Both the position numbers and the translations under genes were made by a program. Of a stretch of 54,982 nt of DNA, positions 23,941-32,980 are shown one piece after another. The DNA is from Synechococcus sp. SB0668_bin_13 (GTDB taxonomy: Bacteria > Cyanobacteriota > Cyanobacteriia > PCC-6307 > Cyanobiaceae): positions 1 to 54,982 of the forward strand of contig VXWH01000042.1 of NCBI GenBank assembly GCA_009836025.1, written 5' to 3'. The notes below the pieces were generated by a model. It was given only the letters and a program-made list of their open reading frames with translations. It did not search any database and had not been told where the DNA came from. The first letter of the stretch is position 1. Each line of letters starts with the position of its first letter.

Positions 23941-24894
23941 TTGGTGTCCCTGGCCGTGATCACTTGTCGCCGATCCCACCTCATGGCAGCCGTAATCCTC
24001 ACGGCACTGATGGGCTGCACAGCCGCCAGCCCGTTGCGCCAGCAGGAGGTCACCCGCCCCAGGGTGCTGGCCAGCTTCACCATCCTGGCGGACCTGGCCC
24101 AGGCCGTAGCGGGGGACCACCTGGAGGTGACATCCCTCATCAAGCCGGGCGCCGAGGTTCATGGCTACGAACCCACCCCCAGTGACCTGCGGCAGGCGGC
24201 GGCGGCTGTGCTGATCGTGGATAACGGTCTCAACATGGAGAGTTGGCGGGAGCGTTTCTACACCGATTTGCCCGACTCTATCCCGCGGGTGACCCTCACC
24301 CAAGGCATCGAACCCCTGTCCATCGGTGACGCGGCGGTGGCGGGGCGGCCCAATCCCCATGCCTGGATGTCTCCCCGTCTGGCCATGGTGTATGTGGAGA
24401 ACCTGCGCCAGGCCTTTACGGAGGCGGCGCCGGAGCACAGGGAGGCCTTTGCCGCCAATGCGGCGGCCTACAACCAGCAACTGCTGCAACTGGATGAAGA
24501 GTTGCGTCAGGCCGTTGCCCGCTTGCCGGAAGAGCGGCGTCTCCTGGTGACCTGTGAGGGGGCCTTCAGTTACCTGGCCCGGGACTATGGCCTGGAGGAG
24601 GCCTATCTCTGGCCTGTGAACGGGGACTCCGAGGTCACGGCGCAGCGGCTGGCGGGGGTCATTCGCCTCGTGGAGGAGCGGCAACTGCCGGCAGTGTTTT
24701 GCGAAAGCACGGTGAGCAGCGCCGCCCAGGAAGAGGTGGCAGCCGCCACCGGCGCCCGTCTGGCTGGTGTGTTTTATGTGGACTCCCTCTCGGGACCCCA
24801 GGGACCCGCCCCTACGCTTTTGGAGTTGCAACGTCACAACATCCGCACCCTGACGGACGGCCTCTTGCAAGATGCCCGCCAAGCGGCTTTCTGA
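23941..24894 (+). CDS. mntC: Mn/Fe ABC transporter substrate-binding lipoprotein
   Basis: EVHGYEP, NPHAWMSP, CEGAFSY, YVDSL (His/His/Glu/Asp ligand set); start may be slightly downstream. Confidence 0.85.
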   Translation: MVSLAVITCRRSHLMAAVILTALMGCTAASPLRQQEVTRPRVLASFTILADLAQAVAGDHLEVTSLIKPGAEVHGYEPTPSDLRQAAAAVLIVDNGLNMESWRERFYTDLPDSIPRVTLTQGIEPLSIGDAAVAGRPNPHAWMSPRLAMVYVENLRQAFTEAAPEHREAFAANAAAYNQQLLQLDEELRQAVARLPEERRLLVTCEGAFSYLARDYGLEEAYLWPVNGDSEVTAQRLAGVIRLVEERQLPAVFCESTVSSAAQEEVAAATGARLAGVFYVDSLSGPQGPAPTLLELQRHNIRTLTDGLLQDARQAAF

Positions 24895-24927
24895 AGGGCG
24901 TATCAGCCCATACGCCATGGACACCAC

Positions 24928-25743
24928 ATGACCGCCACCTCCGGAGCCATGGAACCACCGCACATTGCGGTGGAGAACCTGAGTGTGAGCTACGCCGGTG
25001 TGGTGGCCCTCTCCAATGCCAGCCTGCGGCTCAACCAGGGCACCATTTGCGGGCTTGTGGGCATGAACGGCGCAGGCAAGTCCACCCTGTTCAAGGCCTT
25101 GATGGGTTTTGTGCGCCCTTCGACGGGGACCATTCGCATCAACGGCCGGTCCGTGGCCCAGGCCCAGCGCCGTCAGTCCGTGGCCTACGTGCCCCAGTCG
25201 GAAAGCGTGGACTGGGACTTCCCCCTCAACGTCACTGACGTGGTGATGATGGGCCGCTACGGCTCCATGGGACCCCTGCGCAATCCGCGGCGCCGGGACC
25301 ATGAGGCCGTGCGCCACAGCCTGGAACTGGTGGAACTCTGGGACCTGAGGCGACGGCAGATTGGCCAGCTTTCCGGTGGGCAGCGCAAGCGGGCCTTCCT
25401 GGCCAGGGCCCTGGTCCAGGGGGCTTCCGTGCTGCTGCTGGATGAGCCCTTCAACGGCGTGGACGTGCGCACGGAAAAGTTGATGGCCCAGTTGTTCATG
25501 GCCTTCCGGCGTGAGCGACGCACCCTGCTGATTTCCACCCATGACATGGACCATGTCACCGGGTTTTGCGATCAGGTGGTGTTGATCAATAAAACCGTCC
25601 TGGCCTACGGGGAGACCAGCGAGGTCTTTACGCGGGAAAACCTGGCGCTCACCTTCGGGGGCTGTGTGCTGGATCAGCCCCAAAAAAGACCAGAACCCCA
25701 GCGGGGCTCCAGGGTGGCAGACCATGGGGAGGGGTGGAGTTGA
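24928..25743 (+). CDS. mntA: Metal ABC transporter ATP-binding protein
   Basis: GMNGAGKST, LSGGQRKR, LLDEP, STHD. Confidence 0.87.
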   Translation: MTATSGAMEPPHIAVENLSVSYAGVVALSNASLRLNQGTICGLVGMNGAGKSTLFKALMGFVRPSTGTIRINGRSVAQAQRRQSVAYVPQSESVDWDFPLNVTDVVMMGRYGSMGPLRNPRRRDHEAVRHSLELVELWDLRRRQIGQLSGGQRKRAFLARALVQGASVLLLDEPFNGVDVRTEKLMAQLFMAFRRERRTLLISTHDMDHVTGFCDQVVLINKTVLAYGETSEVFTRENLALTFGGCVLDQPQKRPEPQRGSRVADHGEGWS

Positions 25744-26597
25744 TGGACCCCCTCAATTGGTTCATGGAGCCGCTCCAGCATGTCTTCATGGTCAAGGCGC
25801 TGCTCATCAGTGCCGTGGTGGGGGGGGTCTGTGCTCTGCTCTCCTGCTTCATGACCCTCAAGGGCTGGGCGTTGATGGGGGACGCCGTCTCCCATGCCGT
25901 GCTGCCCGGAGTGGTCATTGCCTATGCCCTGGGGTTGCCCCTTGCGGTGGGCGCATTTGTCTTCGGGGTGGGCTCCGTGGCGGTGATCGGCCTCATCAAA
26001 CAGAGCACCCGGGTGAAGGAGGACACGGTGATTGGTCTGGTGTTCACGGGTTTTTTTGCGCTGGGCCTGATCCTGGTGTCCAAGGTGCGCAGCAGTCTGG
26101 ATCTGATGCACATCCTCTTTGGCAACGTGCTGGGCATTCGTCCCCAGGACTTCCAGCAAACCCTTGTGATTTCCGCATTGGTGCTGGTGGTGCTGGTGGT
26201 ATTCCGTCGTGATCTGGTGCTGTTCTGCTTTGATCCCACCCACGCCCAGTCCATCGGCATTTCCACGGGATTTCTGTACTACCTGCTGTTGTCCAGTCTG
26301 TCCCTGGCGGCAGTGGCGGGTTTGCAAACCGTCGGCATCATCCTTGTGGTGGCCATGCTGGTGACCCCCGGGGCCACGGCCTACCTGCTGACGGACTCCT
26401 TCAGCACCATGAGTGTGCTGGCGGTGTCGTCCGGCATCCTCTCCAGCTTGCTGGGGGCCTATCTGAGCTACTGGTCCGATGCGTCGCCAGCGGGCTGCAT
26501 CGTGGTGGTGCAAACCCTGTTGTTTGTCATGGCCATGGTCTTTGCACCCAAGTATGGACTTCTGCGAAGAGCATTCAATCATCAACCGCCCCAATAA
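25734..26597 (+). CDS. mntB: Metal ABC transporter permease
   Basis: LMGDAVSHAVLPG, LFGNVLG. Confidence 0.87.
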   Translation: MELMDPLNWFMEPLQHVFMVKALLISAVVGGVCALLSCFMTLKGWALMGDAVSHAVLPGVVIAYALGLPLAVGAFVFGVGSVAVIGLIKQSTRVKEDTVIGLVFTGFFALGLILVSKVRSSLDLMHILFGNVLGIRPQDFQQTLVISALVLVVLVVFRRDLVLFCFDPTHAQSIGISTGFLYYLLLSSLSLAAVAGLQTVGIILVVAMLVTPGATAYLLTDSFSTMSVLAVSSGILSSLLGAYLSYWSDASPAGCIVVVQTLLFVMAMVFAPKYGLLRRAFNHQPPQ

Positions 26598-26719
26598 CCG
26601 GGATGATGAATCCTTCTCAAGGGTTAAGAAGCGTGAACTCCTGTGCCCTGGAGGTTCAGTCTTCTTAGGATTGACCTGCCGCCCTTGTGGCGGTTTTTCC
26701 TAAACCTCTGACCGCACTC

Positions 26720-27799
26720 ATGACAACCGTCATTCGCAGCAGTGGTTCAGTTGGCGCCTGGCAACGCTTTTGCCAGTGGGTAACCAGCACTGACAACCGG
26801 CTCTACGTGGGTTGGTTCGGCGTGCTGATGATCCCCACTCTGCTGACTGCCACCACCTGTTTCATCATTGCCTTCGTTGCCGCCCCTCCGGTGGACATCG
26901 ACGGCATCCGCGAGCCCGTCGCCGGCTCCCTGATGTACGGCAACAACATCATCTCCGGTGCTGTTGTACCGTCTTCCAACGCCATCGGTCTGCACTTCTA
27001 TCCCATCTGGGAAGCAGCCTCCCTGGATGAGTGGCTCTACAACGGCGGCCCCTACCAACTGGTGGTCTTCCACTTCCTCATTGGCGTTTTCTGCTACATG
27101 GGTCGGGAGTGGGAACTGTCCTACCGGCTGGGGATGCGCCCCTGGATTTGCGTGGCCTACAGCGCTCCTGTGGCTGCCGCTTCCGCCGTGTTTCTGATCT
27201 ACCCCTTTGGGCAGGGCTCCTTCTCCGACGGGATGCCCCTGGGGATCTCCGGCACCTTCAACTTCATGCTGGTGTTCCAGGCGGAGCACAACATCCTCAT
27301 GCACCCCTTCCACATGCTGGGGGTGGCGGGTGTGTTCGGCGGCTCCCTCTTCTCCGCCATGCACGGCTCCCTGGTGACCTCCTCCCTGGTGCGTGAAACC
27401 ACCGAGAGCGAATCCCAGAACTACGGCTACAAGTTTGGCCAGGAAGAGGAGACCTACAACATCGTGGCGGCCCACGGCTACTTCGGTCGTCTCATCTTCC
27501 AGTACGCGTCGTTCAACAACAGCCGCAGCCTCCACTTCTTCCTGGCGGCCTGGCCGGTGATCGGCATCTGGTTCACCTCCATGGGTGTATCGACGATGGC
27601 GTTCAACCTGAACGGCTTCAACTTCAACCAGTCCGTCCTGGATAGCCAGGGTCGGGTGGTGAACACCTGGGCGGACGTGGTGAACCGCGCCAGCCTGGGG
27701 ATGGAAGTGATGCACGAGCGCAATGCCCACAACTTCCCGCTGGACCTGGCATCAGCCGAGTCCACCACGGTGGCGTTGACCGCCCCCGCCATCGGCTGA
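26720..27799 (+). CDS. psbA: Photosystem II D1 protein (Glu130 form)
   Basis: Canonical D1 sequence; [10 protein letters not shown] processing site. Confidence 0.99.
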   Translation: MTTVIRSSGSVGAWQRFCQWVTSTDNRLYVGWFGVLMIPTLLTATTCFIIAFVAAPPVDIDGIREPVAGSLMYGNNIISGAVVPSSNAIGLHFYPIWEAASLDEWLYNGGPYQLVVFHFLIGVFCYMGREWELSYRLGMRPWICVAYSAPVAAASAVFLIYPFGQGSFSDGMPLGISGTFNFMLVFQAEHNILMHPFHMLGVAGVFGGSLFSAMHGSLVTSSLVRETTESESQNYGYKFGQEEETYNIVAAHGYFGRLIFQYASFNNSRSLHFFLAAWPVIGIWFTSMGVSTMAFNLNGFNFNQSVLDSQGRVVNTWADVVNRASLGMEVMHERNAHNFPLDLASAESTTVALTAPAIG

Positions 27800-27837
27800 T
27801 CGATCCGCCTCAAAAGAGGCCCTGTAGTCCAAGCCAG

Positions 27838-27873
27838 ACGCCCCCGCCCACCTTTTGGTGGGAGCGGGGGCGT
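27838..27873 (+). terminator. Stem-loop after psbA
   Basis: Imperfect inverted repeat acgccccccgccacc-tttt-ggtgggagcgggggcgt. Confidence 0.55.
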
Positions 27874-27887
27874 TGTTCCGTATCAAG

Positions 27888-27904
27888 CCCGAGTTCCGGA
27901 TAAG
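27888..27904. mobile_element. Degenerate IS terminal repeat
   Basis: cccgagttccggataag matches ccccagttctggataag (54931) at 15/17 positions. Confidence 0.5.
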
Positions 27905-28136
27905 ACGACCAGGAAAAGTCCCGGTTTCCCCACCTGACCCTTACCTCAAGGAAATTCCTGAAGACATCGTGGGGCAGCGATTGTCTGCTAAACTTGCCTC
28001 TATGTTGTTTCCATGTCCAATGCTGCTTCAACCTTTCTCAAACCGCAGGCAACGGAGCAAGCAAGGCGTGCGCCAGGCAATCCATTTAGGCGAGGCCGTT
28101 TCCCAGTTTTGCCAGCGGGGATTTAATAATTTCTTA

Positions 28137-30279
28137 ATGCCACCCCCCCCCCCGACAGCCTGAGCATTGGCGGCTAAGGAACTCTCTATGGCAGTGCTCT
28201 TCCTGCCTTACCTTTCTCCTGCTGGCTGCCTGTGGCGGTGGCGGTGGTAGTGTGGATACGGCATCAACTCCAACCCCTCCAACTCCCACTGACTGTGTCA
28301 GTACCACTGAAGGCTGTCTCACGCAGAGCGAGTTGAATGACCGCAAACTCAGTCTGGCGCGGTCCTACCGATCCTGGGGTGGTCAGGCTTATACAAATAG
28401 CTACTTCCTTGATGGAATTAATGCCGATGATGCCTACGGACATCTTAAGCTGATGAGAGACATAGAGTTAGATCAATTAGGGGCAGGTGTTGATATAGGA
28501 ATATTTGCTGTGTTTGAAGACGGTGATGGACCACATCCTCTGGAAAGTCATCAATCTTTGCAAGATGCATTTCCTGGTACAGCTTGTGTTCTTGATGCCT
28601 GCGCTAGTCCCAGGATGACGGCTCTGGCAAGTGTTGCAGCGGGTAGACGCTTTGACGCAAGCACAGGGATGTTTGGTGTTGCACCAGGAGCAAGATTACA
28701 ATACTCGACCATAAGAAGTAGCGACGCAAGCAATCTTCAATTATTAGGTGAATCTACTGTCAATTCATTTATTGGGATTTTACTTGATCTAGCTAATGTA
28801 GATATTCTGATGATTCCTTCGTGGGGCCTATCGGATCATTTAGATGACTATCTTGACAATCCACTAACCATATCAACAACTTTACGAAGAAACTATTCGG
28901 ACACGATCTTTGTTTCCGATGCTAGCGATACGTCTAATGCCTTGACATTCGAAGCGGATTTTCTAAATATGCCTCTTGTCATGGCATCAAGAAGCAATTG
29001 TGGATCTCGGATAGCCGATTATTGCATTACTGTTCCATACAATGGGTCACATCAGTATGCGGCTGGTGATGATACTGATGTTGATTTTCGAAACTACACG
29101 TCTACTGATCTTTCCTCCGGCATTGTTGCAGGCGGCTTGGCGGTCATGAAGCAGCTTTTTCGTGATCAGCTAAGCCCCCTCGAACTCAGGAGCCGGCTGT
29201 TTGCCACCGCCAACAAGTCAGGGATCTATGCTGACCGATCCAGATATGGCCAAGGCCTCATGGATCTGGGGGCTGCCACCAACCCTTGGGGCGTTGCCAC
29301 CTTCATGGACACCCGCTCATCCGCTCCAGGCTCTGGCGGAGCCAGAGTCGATTCGTCCTTCCTTTCGTTAGGCGCCCCCTTCGGTGATGGCCTCACCCAG
29401 TCCCTGGGCCAGCAGGAAGTTGCCGCTTTCGATAGTCTTGGCGCCCCCTTCTGGTTCGAGGCCGCCAGCTTCACGGTTCCCTCTGGAGGCGCATCCCTCG
29501 CCACCCGCCTCAATGATTTCCTCCACCCTGCTCAACTGCGCTCCATCCCTGAAACCTGGCAGTTCAACCTTCAAGAGAAGGCCACGGCCACAGAGATCGG
29601 CCACCTTGCCCTCACCAACGGGGCGTCACGGCTCACCATGGCTGGCCCCCAAGGGGTTTCCGCCACAGCCTTCCACAAGCCCCAGGCGCTTGAAGGCCTG
29701 AGCTTCGCCTGGAGTCCTGCTCCCCTCCCCGGCATCGCTTTCGGAGCCGGCTACCTCAACGAGCAGGACTCCCTTCTGGGCAGCAGTGCCAGCGGCGCCT
29801 TGGGTCAACTCTCGGGACAAACCCTCTTCTTCACCACCGAACTGGACACCGCCCTGCCGGCAGGTTGGCAACTGGCCGCACAAGGAGAACTGGGCATGGT
29901 TGGTCCATCCGTGGCCTCCAGTCAGTTCATCAACGATTTTTCCTCCCTCTCCACCAGCGCCTTCCGTCTAGCAGCCAGCCGGCCCTTTGCCAACGGCAGC
30001 ACCTTGCGCTTCTCCCTCTCCTCCCCCTTACGGGTAGACAGTGGCGCCGCAGACCTCTCCCTTCCCACCGGTCGCACCCAGGACGGCAGCGTGACAGGCA
30101 GGGATTTCTCCGCCTCTCTTGTTCCCACCGGCCGCCAACTGGACCTCACCGCCATGGTGGAGTTTCCAGCGCTGGGGGGTGACATCTCCCTGGGCGCCAC
30201 CCGGAGCGAGCAGCCCCGTCACCAGCGCGATGCCTTGGCTGAGTGGGCCTTCTTCACCGGTTATCGCGCCGGTTGGTGA
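28137..30279 (+). CDS. Lipoprotein subtilase(S8)-like autotransporter-type surface protein; ATG out of frame across a C11 tract
   Basis: Lipobox LLLAAC-GGGGG in frame upstream of ORF 28252. S8-like segments (GAGVDIGI, ASVAAG, GVAPGA, VAGGLA, YGQGLMDL). Beta-strand-rich C-terminus ending YRAGW. Confidence 0.75.
28143..28153 (+). repeat. Poly-C (C11) homopolymer tract just after ATG
   Basis: atgcca-CCCCCCCCCCC-gacag. Confidence 0.9.
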
Positions 30280-30553
30280 GGGAGGTGGCCCTGTGCTGTA
30301 ATCCCATGACTTTTCCTGGCGCCCGAAGAACCTATTGAAGGAGCAGACAGGCGTCAGCTTCCCCACGGCTGCCCAGGCCATGATCACTTGGCTGAGCCTC
30401 TCGGGTGAGTCCCAAGCCGGTAACAGCGGTGTGAAGCCCAAGGGTTACAAGGGCTTGAAGCACTGGGACTGGTGCTTTTCTGGGGAGGAATCTCCGAGCA
30501 ACGGCTGCGCTCACCTTGTGGCAATCCTCGCTTAGTGTGGATTCACGTCGACC

Positions 30554-30952
30554 ATGGTCATGCCCTTCAGTGTTCTGTTTTCCGTCTTTGGCGTAGGTGT
30601 TGCCCTGATGGGCATCCAGATCCGCTTGTCCGGCCAGGTGAGAGATCAGATTCGCACCCTCTCCACAGGGGTTCATGGGGACGTCAAAGACCTCAACAGC
30701 CGCATCGAGCGGGTGGAAGAACGGCTCAGTGGCGAAATCAAGGCCGTCCGCACCGAACTGAACGGTCGCATCGACCAGGTGCGTGATGAACTCAATGGCC
30801 ACATCGACCAGGTGCGTGACGAGTTGAGCGGTCGCATCGACCAGGTCAGCGGCGAAATCAAGGAACTGCGTGGAGAGGTGACGTTTATCAGTGACGTTTA
30901 TCAAAGGTCACCTCTCCGCCGTCCTGGCATTGGGGTTTCCCAAGAAGGTTGA
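30554..30952 (+). CDS. Membrane-anchored coiled-coil protein with 11-aa repeats
   Basis: N-terminal hydrophobic helix followed by (ELNGRIDQVRD)-type repeats. Confidence 0.75.
   Translation: MVMPFSVLFSVFGVGVALMGIQIRLSGQVRDQIRTLSTGVHGDVKDLNSRIERVEERLSGEIKAVRTELNGRIDQVRDELNGHIDQVRDELSGRIDQVSGEIKELRGEVTFISDVYQRSPLRRPGIGVSQEG
30755..30853 (+). repeat. 3 x 33-bp tandem repeat
   Basis: gaactgaacggtcgcatcgaccaggtgcgtgat / gaactcaatggccacatcgaccaggtgcgtgac / gagttgagcggtcgcatcgaccaggtcagcggc. Confidence 0.9.
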
Positions 30953-31234
30953 AACGCCGTGAAGTTGATTGAACGCCAGGGAATAACGCCAGGGAATGGG
31001 GAGGCGCCCATTGTGTGTGAAGATTGATTTCCTGATTGCCCAGCTTTCCCCTGGGCTGCCAAGAGCTTGACAAAAGCGTGGTTGTCTGCTTAGGGTGCTG
31101 GGGACTTACTCTCCCATGCCTCAAATCCCTCCTAGAGGATTCAGCCTCGCGTAAGTTCCGGCAACTTCAAGGGTGGCTTGAACCGGTTCCTGTTTTCGGG
31201 CCATCGCTAAGCTGATCCCAGGTTGAAATCGGCC

Positions 31235-31906
31235 ATGATTGGCTGGCTGGAAGGGGAGGTGCGCCAGTTTTGGCAGCGGGGCGCCCGTCAGGGGGTGTTG
31301 CTGGTGTGCCAGGGCGTTGGCTATGAGGTGGTGCTGCACCAGCGCTTTCACAGCCATGTGAGGGGGTTGCCGCAGCGGTCGGATGCCCCCCGGCAACTGG
31401 CCCTGTTCACCCACTTGCAGGTGCGGGATGATGGCTGGCTGCTCTTTGGCTTTGAGACCGATGCGGAGCGGGAGTTGTTTCGGGAACTCATCAGTGTCAG
31501 TGGTATCGGCCCCCAACTGGCGCTCGGGTTGTTGGGATTTTTCCCCTTGCCCGAGTTGGTGCAGGCCCTGGTGCAGGCGGACCTGAAACGCCTGAGCCAG
31601 GCGCCGGGGGTGGGGTGCCGCAGTGCGGAGCGGTTGGCGGTGGAGTTGCGCCGCAAGCTGGCCGAGCGCTTTGGCCAGGCAGAGGAAGTGGCGCTGATGG
31701 ATGCTGCCCCGCTGCCCACAGGGGCGCTGCGGCAGGACGTGGAGTTGACCCTGACGGCGCTGGGTTATGAGCCCGGGGAGGTGCATCAGGCGCTGGCGGC
31801 CGTGGCGGTGGACCAGGATGTCAAGAGCCAGGATGCCGGGAGTTCAGAGGACTGGATTCGTGGCTGCCTGCGCTGGCTGGCCTGTCGCCAGCAAGGCCAT
31901 GGTTGA
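31235..31906 (+). CDS. ruvA: Holliday junction branch migration protein RuvA
   Basis: MIGWLEG, GVGYEV, LISVSGIGP, APGVG. Confidence 0.95.
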   Translation: MIGWLEGEVRQFWQRGARQGVLLVCQGVGYEVVLHQRFHSHVRGLPQRSDAPRQLALFTHLQVRDDGWLLFGFETDAERELFRELISVSGIGPQLALGLLGFFPLPELVQALVQADLKRLSQAPGVGCRSAERLAVELRRKLAERFGQAEEVALMDAAPLPTGALRQDVELTLTALGYEPGEVHQALAAVAVDQDVKSQDAGSSEDWIRGCLRWLACRQQGHG

Positions 31907-31953
31907 TGTTGAGGTATGATTTTGCCTCAACCTCATTTCACGCAAGGATTTCC

Positions 31954-32223
31954 ATGGCCCTCACGGTGGCCACGAAGCAGGCCCTGATCAACGACTACCA
32001 GATCCATGGCACCGACACGGGCTCAGCGCCGGTGCAGGTGGCCATGCTGAGCGAGCGCATCAATCAGTTGAGCCAGCACCTGCAACGCAACAATCAGGAT
32101 TACGCTTCCCGCCAGGGCCTGCTGAAGATGATCGGGCGCCGTAAACGACTGCTCAGCTACATCCGCCAGCGGGATGATGGGGCGTACCGGGAATTGATCA
32201 AACGTTTGAAGCTCAGGGGCTAG
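31954..32223 (+). CDS. rpsO: 30S ribosomal protein S15
   Basis: HGTDTGS..VQVA, SRQGLLKMIGRRKRLL. Confidence 0.97.
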   Translation: MALTVATKQALINDYQIHGTDTGSAPVQVAMLSERINQLSQHLQRNNQDYASRQGLLKMIGRRKRLLSYIRQRDDGAYRELIKRLKLRG

Positions 32224-32227
32224 CGCC

Positions 32228-32674
32228 ATGGCCGCTGCCGAACAACCATCCAAGGGCTTTGGCGGATCCGGGGATGCTGTGGGGCCTCCTCGGAAGAGGA
32301 AAGTTCATCAGAGGACGCATTCTCCACGGAACTCAGCGGAAAAGACGGCCCGGCAACGTTCTGCCATTCCCGACCATGTGGCCAACCGGATGGTGCGTCG
32401 CGTTCTCCTGCTGAGCGGGGCTCCCACCCTGTTGGCCATGGGGGTGTTTGTGCTCAGCTATATGCTGATGAGCCAAGGCGTCATGCGGGTTGAGCCCATT
32501 GTCACCATTGGGGTGTCGGGCGTGTTCTTTGTGCTGGGACTGTTGGGACTCAGCTACGGGGTACTGTCCGCAAGCTGGGACGATGCGCCAGGATCCCTCT
32601 TGGGATTGGAGCAGTTTGGCGCCAACCTTCAACGGTTGCGCGCCTCAATTCGCACCATGAAGCGGGGAGGCTAG
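32228..32674 (+). CDS. PAM68 family (DUF3464) PSII assembly factor
   Basis: IPDHVANRMVRR, LSYGVLSASWD, GSLLG; follows rpsO. Confidence 0.9.
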   Translation: MAAAEQPSKGFGGSGDAVGPPRKRKVHQRTHSPRNSAEKTARQRSAIPDHVANRMVRRVLLLSGAPTLLAMGVFVLSYMLMSQGVMRVEPIVTIGVSGVFFVLGLLGLSYGVLSASWDDAPGSLLGLEQFGANLQRLRASIRTMKRGG

Positions 32675-32720
32675 TGGCCTGGCGTCAGCCTGATGCCAGG
32701 GACTTTCTCAGCCTCAGCAC

Positions 32721-32855
32721 TCAGCGCTGCTCCGAGACTTGCTCGTTGCCCAGCTTCCTCTGCCGATAGGCCCAGTAGCCAGCGGCGACGACCACAGCCG
32801 CCAAGGGAACTGCGGTGAGCAGGAGCAGGATGGCTGCGGTGAAGTCCGTATACAT
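32721..32855 (-). CDS. Small single-TM hypothetical protein (44 aa)
   Basis: MYTDFTAAILLLLTAVPLAAVVVAAGYWAYRQRK: hydrophobic helix plus basic tail, filling an intergenic gap. Confidence 0.55.
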   Translation of the reverse strand: MYTDFTAAILLLLTAVPLAAVVVAAGYWAYRQRKLGNEQVSEQR

Positions 32856-32980
32856 GGGAGATTGGTCACGCAGGTTCGTTCCCATTGTGCCTTGCCAGGG
32901 CCTGATCAAAGGGCCAGAGCCGCCTTTAATCAGCTTTCTTGATACATCGAGTGACGTTGCAGAATCCGCCGGCCATTCCC

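Noticed and set aside
23926-25725. Long antisense ORFs (also 16502-17557, 22324-23331, 41742-42899, 47419-48654, 49086-50315)
   Set aside because: Shadow ORFs opposite well-supported genes, expected from GC-rich codon usage.
30363-30377. 15-bp match (ccacggctgcccagg) to the mini-IS605 left end
   Set aside because: No hairpin follows it, and a 15-mer match is plausible by chance in 55 kb of GC-rich DNA.
30310-30420. Possible Fic-protein C-terminal HTH remnant (KEQTGVSFPTAAQAM)
   Set aside because: Too short to support without a search; no Fic catalytic motif nearby.
30755-30853. CRISPR array
   Set aside because: The repeats are contiguous, in-frame 33-mers with no unique spacers, and no cas genes are present.
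30972-30998. Short direct repeat aacgccagggaat x2
   Set aside because: Isolated slippage duplication with no associated feature.
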